Shown here piece by piece: positions 13,286-26,691 of a stretch of DNA of 64,000 nucleotides. The position numbers and the translations under genes are program-made. The stretch covers positions 211,234,001 through 211,298,000 of the forward strand of contig OX597815.1 of the NCBI GenBank assembly GCA_951406725.2, written 5' to 3'. Each line of letters begins with the position of its first letter. Position 1 is the stretch's first letter. The notes under the pieces were generated by a model, which searched no databases, was not told the DNA's origin, and saw only the letters and a list, made by a program, of their open reading frames with translations. This DNA comes from Octopus vulgaris. Lineage: Eukaryota.

Positions 13286-14490
13286 TTTTCATTGTTTGTT
13301 GGAGGTTATATATTGTAGTTCAACATAGGGCCAAATCTATTTGGTTGAGTATACACACACACATATACACACATCATCATCATCATCGTTTAATATTCGT
13401 TTCCCATGCTGACATGGGCTGGATAGTTTGATAGCATCTTATGAGCTACAGAGCTATGATGAACTCCAATGTTAATTTTGGCATGGTTTTTGTGCATGGA
13501 TGCCTTTCCTAATGCCAACCACTTTGCACATACACATAAATGCACTTCTTCCTTCAATATATGAAACTTTGTGAAGATGAGCATAAGCCCAAAATGCCAG
13601 GAACACTTCCACTACATATTTCCTTGAACATTAAACTAATAACTACATTTTATTTTCATTGTTTGTTGGAGGTTATATATTGTAGTTCAACATAGGGCCA
13701 AATCTATTTGGTTGAGTATACACACACACACATATACACACATCATCATCATCATCATCGTTTAATATTCGTTTCCCATGCTGACATGGGCTGGATAGTT
13801 TGATAGCATCTTATGAGCTACAGAGCTATGATGAACTCCAATGTTAATTTTGGCATGGTTTTTGTGCATGGATGCCTTTCCTAATGCCAACCACTTTGCA
13901 CATACACATAAATGCACTTCTTCCTTCAATATATGAAACTTTGTGAAGATGAGCATAAGCCCAAAATGCCAGGAACACTTCCACTACATATTTCCTTGAA
14001 CATTAAACTAATAACTACATTTTATTTTCATTGTTTGTTGGAGCTTATATATTGTAGTTCAACATAGGGCCAAATCTATTTGGTTGAGTATACACACACA
14101 CATATACACACATCATCATCATCATCGTTTAATATTCGTTTCCCATGCTGACATGGGCTGGATAGTTTGATAGCATCTTATGAGCTACAGAGCTATGATG
14201 AACTCCAATGTTAGTTTTGGCATGGATGCCTTTCCTAATGCCAACCACTTTGCACATACACATAAATGCACTTCTTCCTTCAATATATGAAACTTTGTGA
14301 AGATGAGCATAAGCCCAAAATGCCAGGAACACTTCCACTACATATTTCCTTGAACATTAAACTAATAACTACATTTTATTTTCATTGTTTGTTGGAGCTT
14401 ATATATTGTAGTTCAACATAGGGCCAAATCTACTTGGCTGTGTATACACACACACACACACACACACATAGTCATTTAATATTCGTTTTC
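13286..14490. repeat. Tandem array of a ~370-bp unit, three copies plus a partial
   Basis: Identical pseudo-ORFs at 13390 and 13762 (period 372), third at 14129; each unit contains a decayed RTE tail. Confidence 0.92.
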
Positions 14491-14620
14491 CATGCTTCTG
14501 TGTTGTTATTTTCATCATAAAATTTGAATATATATTGCATGTGTGTGTCTGTAAAATCAACATTTTGCATAGAGCCAGTTACTATGTATGCACAATGCAA
14601 CAAATAGTTATTTATCTTAC

Positions 14621-14809
14621 CTTTGTCCAGCTTGCAGTCATCCATTCTTTACAAGGAGTGTAACATGCCTTTAATTCAGGTGGTTTAGTCAAAATGTTAC
14701 ATTTGTAGCTTGGTACGATTGGAGAGCGGCGTGAACGTCTGTCAACACAGTACACAACTCTGCTTCTGTTGCTGTGGCCACACTTTTGTTGTGGATGCTG
14801 GAAGTCACA
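14621..14809 (-). CDS. ADAMTS7: ADAMTS7/12-like exon: post-mucin TSP1 repeat (CDFQHPQQKCGHSNRSRVVYCVDRRS...CYTPCKEWMTASWTK)
   Basis: Translated by hand (different frame from the track ORF). Acceptor aatttcag, donor gtaaga; 189 nt, phase 0 -> 0, with RxRxVxC and WxxxxW motifs. Confidence 0.9.
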
Positions 14810-15775
14810 CTGAAATTTGAATAAAATACAAATACAAAAATTGAATAAAATACAAATACAAAAAATGTTTCAGAACAGATTCCAAATTTCCAAATTACAA
14901 TATTTTTCATTTTATTAATTGAATTATTATTTATATATCTTTTTCTATTAACTTAGATTCCATAATGTTCAATATTGTTACAAAATATTGGGTCTAGACA
15001 GTATTTTCTAAAGTATTATCTTACAACTATGTTTTAATTAATAATAAAAATTTTAATTTAAAGTGAGTAAAATGTATATATTCATCATATAGATTGAAGT
15101 AAACAAAGAATGTGTCTTGCATGGTGAAAAAAAATTAGATCAACATCATCATCATCATCCTTTAACGTCTATTTTCTATGTTGGCATGCATTGCCCAGTT
15201 TGAAAGGAGCTGGAAAGCTGGAGGGATGCACCAGGCTCCAGTCATCTGTTTTAGCAAGGTTTCTATGGCTGGATGCCCTTTTAAATGCCAACCACTTTAC
15301 AGAGTGTACTGGGTTCTTGTTATATGATGCTGGTTTACATATCATCATCATCATCATCATCGTTTAACGTCCGTTTTCCGCGCTAGCACGGGTTGGACGG
15401 TTCGACCGGGGTCTGGGAAGCCAGGGGCCGCACCAGGCTCCAGTCTGATCTCCAGTTATATATATATATATATATATATAAATTTGTATGTACAAAGATA
15501 TAGATACACCACCACACACATCTACACATACATATATCAACAACTTTCAAATTATCCATTACAAACTGACTTCCCCTATGTAAGGAGCATTTACTCCATA
15601 TTTTCCTTTAAAAGAAGGGTAGCAGAAGAAGAAAACATCCTATGTACACACAATGAATTAGACATGATCTTTGAAAGGAACTGGTAAAAGCAACAGACTT
15701 GTTTCAGGTTTATTAAACCTTTTCAGAGAATCAATTTTGTTCCATTCAGTTGACGTATCTAAGATTGATCAATAT

Positions 15776-16165
15776 ACTCTTTACTCTTTTACTCTTTTAC
15801 TTGTTTCAGTCATTTGACTGCGGCCATGCTGGAGCACCGCCTTTAGTCGAGCAAATCGACCCCGGGACTTATTCTTTGTAAGCCCAGTACTTATTCTATC
15901 GGTCTATTTTGCCGAACCGCTAAGTGACGGGGACGTAAACACACCAGCATCGGTTGTCAAGCAATGCTAGGGGTACAAACACAGACACACATACACATAC
16001 ATATATCCGACAGGCTTCTTTCAGTTTCCGTCTACCAAATCCACTCACAAGGCATTGGTCGGCCCCTGGGCTCTAGCAGAAGACACTTGCCCAAGATGCC
16101 ACACAGTGGGACTGACCTGGAACCATGTGGTTGGTTAGCAAGCTACTTACCACACAGCCACTCCA
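15776..16165 (-). mobile_element. SINE family A copy
   Basis: Full-length reverse copy. Confidence 0.9.
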
Positions 16166-16274
16166 ATATATATATATTGTATTCTTTTATTTGTTTCAGT
16201 CTTGCACTGTAGCTCTACTAGGACACCATCTTGAAGGATTTGGTTGGTTGTATTAAATTTGTTTGTTTTTTTTC

Positions 16275-16545
16275 TCTCTAGTTTTAGCTCAGAGCTGTGG
16301 CCATGCTGATGCACCGCTGTTTTGCTACACTGTTATTACTAAGAGCCTCTTCTGATATGTGGCACTTGGTGAAGCATGGAGTTTGATATAGCTACCTTCA
16401 TTTGCACCTCTTGCCGTGAGGTAGGTTCATCTGGGACTCTCGACAGAAAGATGTCCAGCTTTGATTTAAAAACCTCTACATCTACTTTGTGTAAGTTCCT
16501 CAGACTCTTTAGGAGAATATTAAAAAGCAGTGGGCCCTTTACAGG
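16275..16545 (-). mobile_element. CR1/L2-group LINE 3' end
   Basis: GPLLFNIL..LRNL..FKSKLDIFLSRVPDEP..SNS C-terminal motif followed by a short 3' UTR stem-loop. Confidence 0.75.
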
Positions 16546-17302
16546 CTGTTGCAGTAACTGGTCCTGAAGTGTGATGGCATTGCTGGGACCTTTGGCACTA
16601 TGTCTATGTAACATGTCTGTGCATCTCTGTGCACGCAGAGACACACAGACACGTTCAAACACTGAGAAACAGAAAGACTAATAGGAAAGTAGATGCAGTA
16701 GAAGGAGTAATAGTAGGAGTGGAGAATGAAGGGAAAGCATGAGAGTGAGACAGGAGAATATGTATTGTTACTGAGAGAGAGAGAGAGAGAATAGCAAAAG
16801 AGTGAAAGAGACAGAGAGAGAAAAAAATGTCTATGGTTACTGATAGAGATAGAAAGATAGAGACAGAACGAAACTACTGAGGGTGGGGGAGGAGAAGAAT
16901 CAAAAAGAGGATAGCTGCTAAGAAGGAGAGAGAGGGGGGGAAAGAGTGATATTTCTATTATTGTGAGAAAGGGAAAGGAGAGAGAGGGGGGAAAGAGTGA
17001 TATTTCTATTGTTGTGAGAAAGGGAAAGGAGAGAAAGAGGAGAAAGAAGATATGAGAGTAAGAAATAGAAAGGAACAGACTTATTGAAAGTCGAAAGAGA
17101 TAAGGACATACTGATGTAGGGAGGTAGAAAGAGAGAGAGAAGGGTTTTTAGCAAATGAATAAATATAAAATTAATCCAATATATTTGTCAGACAAAAATT
17201 ATATTGGATATATAATTAGCCTCAATAATCTATTTTCCAAAAAGTTTTAATAACTTTTCCACTCACTGAAAGAACCATGAATTTATATGTATTATATACT
17301 AA

Positions 17303-17582
17303 TCTGTTGTGTCTGGGGAGAATCATTTTCTTTTTGTGCCTTATAATGTAACACACTCATTGGTAAAATTTCCACTTATTTCTTATTTTAATTTTCCTAA
17401 AATTTTCGTTGCGTCTTGCAACCTTTTCAACAGTTTTGACTCTTGAAAAGACTATTGAAAAGGTTGCAAGACGCATCGAAAATTTTAGGAAAATAAAAAT
17501 AAGAAAAAAGTGGAAATTTTACCAATGAGTGTGTTACATTATAAGGCACAAAAAGAAAATGATTCTCCCCAGACACAACAGA
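17303..17582. repeat. Fold-back hairpin (~130-bp arms, 16-nt loop) with HHR motifs next to the loop
   Basis: 17303-17434 is the reverse complement of 17451-17582 with few mismatches. Confidence 0.9.
17452..17488 (+). ncRNA. Minimal hammerhead motif with U3-A8 core (mirror copy at 17397-17433, minus strand)
   Basis: CTA-TTGAAAA-g-GTTGC-aagac-GCATC-GAA-AATT-T-TAG. The mirror copy has a perfect stem II GTTGC/GCAAC. Confidence 0.6.
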
Positions 17583-20500
17583 ATATGCTTCAACACACGA
17601 ACTCATAAAAAGAATCTTGCAAACCAAATCCAAAAACGAAATTACTAATCTGTATTTTCAGCTACTTTGACAAGGACACTGTAGTCTACATTTCATTGAG
17701 GAGGTTTAAAAAAAAACTAAAACAGATCCGCAGTTGCTTCCCATATTTGCTGGAATATCTATCCATCCATTTTCCTAGCTTTCTCTTCTTGGGAGGGTCA
17801 TAAGGGTTGAGTCCTCAGGCACCTCCTATACAGGGTTCTATCAAAAGCAACTGTTATTAAACTTACCTACTAAATTCCTAAGTGTGGACAACTAAGACTG
17901 GGGATATTTTCCTCCCATCTCTCTTGTGTCTACCCCTAGGACTGTTCAAGCTCCCTGACTATTCTGGCATGGTTTCTAAGGCTGCGTGCCCATCCTAACA
18001 CCAACCAGTTTGCAGAGTGTACTGGTTTACACAGCACCAGCATGGGTAGTTTTTACATGGCACCAGCACATGTGACTCCATGAGATTATGGATGCTCAGC
18101 TGGAGAAGGTTGCATTTTGGTTTAACACTAGCATCTGGCACTTTGGGCATCTTTAGCAGTGAACACTTTGTTGCAGTCAGGCCAGATTTTCAGCTTGAGG
18201 ATATCTTTCTCTCTCCCTCCCACCAATCTTGGATACCCTGTAATAGGTCATGGGTACACCCTTCATCATCATCATCATCATCGTTTAACGTCCTTGTTCC
18301 ATGCTAGCATGGGTTGGACAGTTCAACTGGGGTCTGGGAAGCCTGGAGGCTGCACCAAGCTCCAGTCTGATCTGGCAGTTTTTCTACAGCTGGATGCCTT
18401 TCCTAACGCCAACCACTCTGTGAGTGTAGTGCTAGCTTTTTATGAGCCAACGGCACAGGTGCCAGGGGAGATTGGCAATGGCCACGGTCGGTTGGTGCCT
18501 TTTACGTGCTAGCGGCACAGGTATCGCAACTACAATTTCCATTTGATTTTTATTTTGATGTTGATGTACTTGACTCAATAGGCCTCCTCAAGCACAGCAG
18601 GTCACCCTATGATCCAAGGTAAGCACAGCAGGCCGTCCTGTGATCCAAGGTACTTTGGATGGGCTGGGGCTTCTATGTGAAGCTGGTGCAGGAAACAGCC
18701 ATGAACTCACGTTATTTGTCAGGTCTTCACAGCCACAGCTTATGTCCAGAGATGTCGGTCAGGTTTAAAAGATGAGAAAATATATAATATTGTCTTTTCT
18801 TCAGCACATAATTTATGTAATCAGCATTTTAAGGCTCCCTGCACTGACTTAAGTGTTTCATTTTTCATAGTCTGAGCTTTAAAAATTAACAAAAGTACAT
18901 ATCCAAATGGATTACTGGATGATTTTATATTCTCTTTGTTAATTTCTATTTGTTTATAAATATGCATGCTTTAAGTCAGCCGTAAACGTTTTTGACTGAA
19001 TGCATCAGTCTATAGCTTTGTCATATTCCCATTTTCTCTGCAACAGCATTACATCATCTGTCATTTCCCATTTGTTACATCAAGCATTCTTAACATTAAT
19101 GCATATTGATTTGAACAATAAAATTAAGGTGGCGGGGTTAAGGTTATATATGTATGACAAATGGACGGGGTATGAAAAATGTTAATGGAAAAATGCCAAG
19201 TGCAATAACATGTGAGATGTGATGACAGCAATGAGCAAACGATGCTCTGTTTCGATCAAATGAAAGAGGATGAAAAGCCTGCTGGGTGTCACAAGATCAA
19301 CAGACAAAAGAAGAAAAGATTACATAATTTTGTTCAAGTTATATTCTTTCGTGGTGTGTAATGGTTGTAATTTCATTTTGATGTTAGTTTTACAGGGTGA
19401 TCCAAAAGTCCCTTTAATGTTAATATAAACCAACTAAAGAAACAACTTCCCAAAGGTACTGAGCAAAGGGTTACATAAATTATGTGCTGAAGAAAAGACA
19501 ATGTCATATAGTTTCTTCACTTTTTAAACAGAAAGGAAGGGAGTACCCATGGCCCATGACAGGGTACCCAAGATTGATGGGAGGGAGAGAGAAGGATATC
19601 CTGAGACTAAAAATCTGGCCTGGATGCAACAAAGTGTTCAATGCTAAAGACCATTTTCTTAACTACACAACCACATCTAAGAATTCAAAAAATTTTTGTT
19701 GTATATAACATTCTGGTGAGATACTACAATTAATATTTATCTCATACACTAGCAACAATAAATTGAGGCAATCACTTGATCCTTCAGTTTTTTATTTATC
19801 CACTAATGGGTGATCAGCCCCTTTGATTTGGGGGAGGATCAATCATTATGTTGGTTCCAGTACTTGCTTGTTACTAATTTTATCGATTTGACAGGATGAA
19901 AGAAAAAGTAGCCTTCAGCAGTATTTGAACTCAGAATGCAAAGACTTTAACTAAATATTGATTTCAAATTTTGGTACAAGGCCAGCAATTTGGTGGGTGG
20001 GGGTGAATTGATTACATCAACCCTAGAGTTCAACTGATACTTATTTCATCAACCCTGAAAGGATGAAAGGCAAAATCAGCCTCAATGGAATTTGAACTCA
20101 GAATGTAAAGACAGATGAAATACTTCTTAGCATTTTGCCCCACATGCTGGAACCATAACTAAATATTACCTATTTCTTTATTGTCCACAAGGGGATAAAT
20201 ATAGAGGGGACAAACAAGGACAGAGAAAGGGATTAAGTTGATTACATCGATCCCAGCGCGTAGCTGGTACTTTATTTATCGACCCTGAAAGGATAAAAGG
20301 CAAAGTCGACCTCAGCGGAATTTGAACTCAGAACATAACGGCAGACGAAATACCTATTTCTTTACTACCCACAAGGAGCTAAACATAGAGGCGACAAACA
20401 AGGACAGACAAATGGATCAAGTCAATTACATCGATGCCAGTGCGTAACTGGTATTTAATCTATCGACCCCAAAAGTATGAAAGGCAAAGTCGACCTCGGC

Positions 20501-23359
20501 GGAATTTGAACTCAGAACATAACGGCAGATGAAATACCACTAAGCATCTCGCCCGGCATGCTAATGCTTCTGCCAGTTCGCTGCCCTCCATAACTAAATA
20601 TTACCTTGAACCTCAACTAAATGTTGCTGAGTATTACTTCCATTGTTCTAATGATTCTACCAACCCATCTGTGTGATATCCTCCAATATAATTATAAAAC
20701 AACAGATGAGGAATATAATGATAGTCAGTAGATTTAGTAAGCAAGTGACAGCTATCAATGGCATGAATATACTTAATATTATGTGTTCCTGTGGAGAAAC
20801 AGATGGAAAGAGATTTCGAGAGAAAGAAAGAGATGTAAAGTTGTCTGTATGAATACATTGTCTTTGGAAATGATTTGATTTATGATATATGAAAATGATA
20901 AAAACACACATAGAAAATTATAGCAAAAATGTAATTTATTTCATTTCTAATATGAAGGATTTATTTAGAAATGTGATGTCAATTTATTTTTGCATTATAT
21001 GTATTTCTCTGGTATACATTAAAAATAAAATGAAGGTAAAAGTGAGAGAGAGATAAAGCTGTGTTATTCAGTTGTAAAAGAATTTTTTCCACCTCTTTTT
21101 GGCAAAAATATCTATATTTTTCCTAGTTTCATAAAACTGGAAATCTATCAGCTTTTTGTTACAACCTTCAACATTACAGATTCCATTGATAATTCTTAAT
21201 GTTATAGTTAGAATTTTATGTTTACTATATTCCATTATAGATAACAAGTAAGTCTTCATAGAATAGATCTTGTGAGGTTGTGATATTCAAGCATTTTAAA
21301 ACTGGTTTAAGGATGAGGTTGGACAGAAAGAATTCACACGTTACAAGGAATCAGAAGAAAACTATTTTCAGTTTTAGTTTCATGTATATTCTACAGCATG
21401 GGTCATCATCATCGTTTAACGTCCGTTTTCCATGCTAGCATGGGTTGGACAGTTCGACCGGGGTCTGGGAAGCCAGGAGGCTGCACCAGGCTCCAGTCTG
21501 ATCTGGTAGTGTTTCTACAGCTGGATGCCCTTCCTAACACCAACCACTCCGTGAGTGGGTGCTTTTTACGTGCCACCGGCACAAGGGTCAGAGGAGGCTG
21601 GCAAACAGCCACGATCGGTTGGTGCTTTTACGTGTCACCGACACAGACGCCAAAGCAATTTAAGGATGTGAGCTGACAGAAATGATAGCATGCCAAACAA
21701 GAGGCTTAATGCCATTTTTTCTGTCTTTATAGTCTGAGTTCAAATTCCACCAAGGTCAACTTTGCCAGTCATCCTTTTGCGATCAATGAAATAAGTATCA
21801 TTTGCATATTGGGGCTGATGTAATTGACAAGTCCCTGACTCCCAAAATTTCAAACCTTGTGCTTATAGTAGAAAGGGTTATTGGAAAGTAAATTTAAGAA
21901 TAACAACTGATTATTTACTGATAGGATTTGCACAATACAGAGAGTAAAGTGAAGTTCATTATCAAGACTCAGTCAACTTGAACCTTGAACTTGACAACAA
22001 AATAATTTCAAACTTATATCTTTTCATGTACTCACTAAATATTGCCTGAAATTAAAGTATGCATATATGTGTAAATTATTTTAACCAAGTAAAATCATGA
22101 GATTATTCAAGTAAAATAAATAATTTATATTAATTCAACCTTGTTAAATAAACAACCTAGTTATTGTACAAAATATTTAACTTAGTCTTGCAAATATATA
22201 ATCTGTAAATAAATATAAATATATATATATATATACACACATATATACACATATATATACACACACACATATATATATACATATACATATATATATAATG
22301 TATGTATATATATATATATATATATAATGTATGTGATTACATCAAAGCAGCATGATTCATTTATCTTTAAAGTATAGAATAATAACAATATAAATATTAT
22401 TTCAAGTAAAATATTTCTGCTAAATTAAGATGTATTGTTAAGTATAGTTCTTAAACAAACTGGTGATTACAAGTAAGCAGGAAATTGTTTGCTATTTATA
22501 TATCTCCACTCTCTTTGATATGAATCTAATCAGTTGTCCTATGCTTGTTAATCTTGAACACTCACATTGGAACTTCAAAAGGAAATCACAGAAGAACTAT
22601 TTAAAGAGAGGCTTTTGAAAGGGTCAGACCACAAGTAATAAATTCTGCAGATAAATTAAAACTACACATTGGTCTCTTTGATGATCATCTAACAACGGTG
22701 AAATGGAGAAAGTTGATGGGGCATTGCTATATCGTAAGATCAAACAGGTTAACCAAAAACATCCTTTACAGAATAACCCACTGAAAAAGCTGATGTATGA
22801 CTTAGAAATAGTCTCTAGCAGCCATGTGAGCCGGGCTCAGGTGTTTCCCTATAATTGTAGGAGATGGTTATGACCAGCTTATTAGATCATATCTAAATTA
22901 AAACACGATAACAATTAAGATTCATTGTGCGACATGCATTTTAAAATTTCTATTACTTACATTAATTATTGGAGCATTTAATTTTGTAGCTGAATGCATT
23001 TTCTAGTAATCGACATGAAAAACTGTCAATTAGAATTCCAAAAGTACATCATTTTTTTAAAATATGTGGACTGAAATGGGTAGTTTGCAGAGCAGAACAC
23101 ACTGTCTTTGACAAACATTGAAACAAGAGACAAGTGTCTAATGTTGATCCAGTTATGGCTGATATATAAAAAACACTATCTGCTATAGTTTTACTAATTC
23201 CCACTACATCCATCATATGAAAATAAAACTGTTGGTCCCTTGAAATAATCATTCAAAACGGTTCAACATAATATGAGGTTAAGTTTAAAACTTGAACGAT
23301 TGGCATGATAATAATGAAACTGATGATTTATATATATATATATATATATGAATATATAT

Positions 23360-24432
23360 GAACAGCCATGCTACATGGCAGTGAAACATGGGCTGTGACT
23401 GCTGAGGACATGTGTAAGCTTGCAAGGAATGAATCCAGTATGTTCTGCTGGATGTGTAATGTCAGTGTGCATACTCGACAGAGTGTAAGTGCCTTGAGAG
23501 AAAAGTTGGACCTAAGAAAAATCAGATGTGGTGTACAAGACAGACGACTGCGCTGGTATGGTTATGTGGTGAGAATGGATGAGGATAGCTTTGTGAAACA
23601 GTGTCATACACTAGCGTTTGAGGGAACCTGTGGAAGAGGTAGACCCAGGAAGACCTGGGATGAGGTGGTGAAGCATGACCTTCAAACATTAGATCTCACA
23701 GAGGCAATGACTAGTGACCAAGACCTTTGGAAATATGCTGTGTTTGAGAAGTCCCGGCAAGCCAAGTGAGACCATAACCCGTGGCCTATGCCAGGGGTGT
23801 AACCAGCCCACTTATGCATAGCTTTCCTTCATTGGACACTAAACTCTTCTTGCGAAGACCTGTTGAGGTAAGTGAAATCAAAATCAAATTTGATGACCGC
23901 TGCGCTTGACTGGTATCCGTGACCAGTGGAGCGTTAAGAGCACCATCTAAGGTTGATCATTGCCAGGGCTGCTGACTGGCTCCTGTGCCAGTGGAGCATT
24001 AAGAGCACTATCTAAGGTTGATCATTGCCAGGGCTGCTGATTGGCTCCTGTGCCGGTGGCACATAAAATGCACCATTCGAGTGTGTACATTACCAGCATT
24101 GCCTTACTGGCACTTGTGCCGGTGGCACGTGAAAAACAATGTACAAGCAAGGTCGTTGCCAGTGCTGCTGGACTGGCTCCTGTGCAGGTGGAACGTAAAA
24201 ACACCATGTGAGCATGGCCATTGCCAGTATCACCTGACTGGCCCTCGTACCAGTGGCACATAAAAGCACTCACTGCACTCTCAGAGGGATTGGCATTAGG
24301 AAGGGTATCCAGCTGTAGAAACTCTGCAAGAACAAACTGGAGCTTGGTGCAGCCATCTGGCTCACCAGTCCTCAGTCAAACCATCCAACCCATGCCAGCA
24401 TGGAAAGCGGACATTAAACGATGATGATGATA
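23360..24432 (+). mobile_element. 5'-truncated RTE-clade LINE: ORF C-terminus, repetitive 3' UTR, (GAT)n tail
   Basis: MLHGSETW...RRLRWYGYVVRM...GRGRPRKTWDEVVKHDL; UTR with AAAAGCACC tandem units ending GGACATTAAACGATGATGATG. Confidence 0.92.
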
Positions 24433-25057
24433 TACATATATATACATGAAAATGTGTATGTATATAAGTAGTATATGTGTGTCAGAGTGCATATATATAT
24501 GTACATGTGTGTGTGTATTCATGAAAATGTGCATGTATATATATATAGCATGTGTGTGTGAGTGTGTATATTTACATATATATGTGCATGTGAATGTGTA
24601 TGTATATATACGTGAATACCATATGTGAGTGTGTGTGAGAGTATATGTGTGTATGTGTTCATGTGCACAGGCATGGCTGTGTGGTTAAGGAGCTTGCTTT
24701 GCCACCGCCTTGTTTTGGGTTCAGCCCCATTGCACACCACCTTGGACAAATGCCTTCTACTACAGCTCCTTGTAACTGAATTTGGTAGATCGAAATTGTG
24801 TGGAATCCTGTCATGTATATATATATGTGTGAGTGTGTATGTGCTTTTCTGTTTATATTTGTCCCACCTCCACTTGACAACTGGTGCTGGTTTATTTACA
24901 TCCCTGTAACTTAGCAGTTCGGCAAAAGAGGCCAATAGAAAAAGTACCAGGTTTTTTAAGAATATGTACTGGGGTCAATTCGTTCAACTAAAAATCCTTC
25001 AAGGCAGTGCCCCAGCATGGCCACAGTCTAATGAATGAAACAAGTAAAAGATAAATG

Positions 25058-25559
25058 ATATATATGGTACGACCACACTTGGAATTCGCATCATCAGTTT
25101 GGAATCCCTATCTTGCTCAGAACATTGACCTCCTGGAATCTGTCCAGAGACGTGCAACCAAACGCATACCCTCCATCAGACACCTACCATATTCTGAGCA
25201 CCTTGTTTCCCTGGGCATGGATTCACTGAAGCTCCGGCGTCTGGCGACGGACTTGGTAAACACCCACAAGGTTATCAACCACCTCACCAACAACAACACT
25301 GAACACCTTTTTGATCTCCATGTGTCTAACACACGTGGACATGCCTAGAAAGTCAGAAAACAGCACAGCTCCCATGACTTTCGGAAACATTTTTTCACGC
25401 TCAGGGTTGCTGAAGCGTGGAATAAACTGCCTGCATCAGTTGTTGACTGCCATGACACTGCATCCTTTAAGGCCCTCATGCTTCCCGAAATCCGTCGAAA
25501 CTACACCTGATTATATATACACTTTAGATGAGTTGTAGTGCACCTGAGCACTGTACACA

Positions 25560-25575
<16 letters not shown>
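25058..25575 (+). mobile_element. CR1-clade LINE 3' end
   Basis: VRPHLEFASSVWNPY...LESVQRRATK...TRGHA*KV...FFTLRVAEAWNKLP, with an internal stop and an (ATT)n tail. Confidence 0.9.
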
Positions 25576-25591
<16 letters not shown>

Positions 25592-25764
25592 TATGTGTGT
25601 CATTATAGTAACAGCTCAAATTTCAAAGTATTTAGCGAATATTTTAAAATCTCATATATACATACATACATACATACATACATACAGTACATACATACAC
25701 ATGCATGCACTCACACACACATCAATATTCAAACTAGATACTCATATAGTAAAGAATTTTACTA

Positions 25765-25937
25765 TATGAGCCATCTACTCGCAATACCAGAGGGCACACA
25801 CTCTCCTACCCTGATGTAATCTCCAGGGATACAGGCATCCAGCAACAGGACCTCCGTAATGCCATGATGGACCGTGAAGTCTGGCGTAGCATGGTAAATT
25901 CCATTGTCTCGACCACGGTCGAACAATGATGATGATG
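25765..25937 (+). mobile_element. Short RTE LINE 3' end of a second family
   Basis: YPDVISRDTGIQQQDLRNAMMDREVWRSMV, then a (GAT)n tail. Confidence 0.6.
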
Positions 25938-26052
25938 AAAGAATTTTGATCCAGATATTTTTTAAAGCTTCATGAGTCGTTTTTTTTTTGTTTGAATATA
26001 CAATGCTAATCAAATATGCAAATGTGATGTTAATAATGGTTGTTATACTTAC

Positions 26053-26660
26053 AAGAGTCCATTTTCTGAAAGTCCATTGATAACGAGATGGAGGTGGTTT
26101 GTTCTTAGTTGGTGCTTTGGCTTTGGTTCTGTTATTATCATGTGATACATGACTTGTAACAGATTTATTTTTACCAGCTTCTTTTGTGGGTCTGGAAGTA
26201 GGAACAGAAGGCAGATCATCCGAATGAGTTTTATTTGTTTTGTTCTTCTGGTCTTTTTTGGTATCATTGCCAATGAAATTATCGGTGTGTTTATCACTGA
26301 CATCGCTCCTGTGGCCTGGATGCTGTTCTCTCTGTTTGCCATTATTTGCATTTGACAAAGTTGTCTTCAAAATTGATGGAGTTGTTGATAAAATATGTTT
26401 GGTCTTACTGCGTCTAGTGACTGGCCTTGTTGTGGAAGCAACTGGTGAGGTAGCAATGCTGCTGGTAGTCGATGCTGTAGTTTTTGCAGATGTTTTAGGG
26501 ATGGTTTTCCTTGGAACGCTAAGAGTGGTTTTTCTTGTCAGAGTAGGTTCAATTAGATTTGGTCGCACTGTTGAGGTTGTTTTTATAGTGGTTGCTGTTG
26601 GTGGTAATGTTGTAGTAGATGAAGGGGATGATGATGATGTTGTTGTCGTTGTCGTCATCG

Positions 26661-26691
<31 letters not shown>

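Noticed and set aside
1-14600. Further downstream ADAMTS exons (TSR/PLAC)
   Set aside because: No splice-bounded Cys/Trp-patterned frame found by eye; they probably lie beyond the window, though a small exon could have been missed.
14689-14910. Track ORF overlapping the exon
   Set aside because: Wrong frame; the Cys-rich TSR frame bounded by splice sites (14621-14809) is the credible one.
15694-15728. HHR-like CTGAAAA-GGTTT/AAACC-tGAAA-CAAG-TC on the minus strand
   Set aside because: Stem I does not pair and the C3-G8 pair is broken; too decayed to support.
22540-22800. Possible decayed RTE-type LINE fragment (TVKWRKLMGH..TKNIL)
   Set aside because: Similarity is short and frameshifted; not enough to annotate without a search.
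23900-24270. Regularly spaced ~55-65-bp repeats (AAAAGCACC / TGCCAGTGGCAC) resembling a CRISPR array
   Set aside because: Degenerate tandem units in the RTE LINE 3' UTR; the spacers are homologous, there are no cas genes and the context is eukaryotic.
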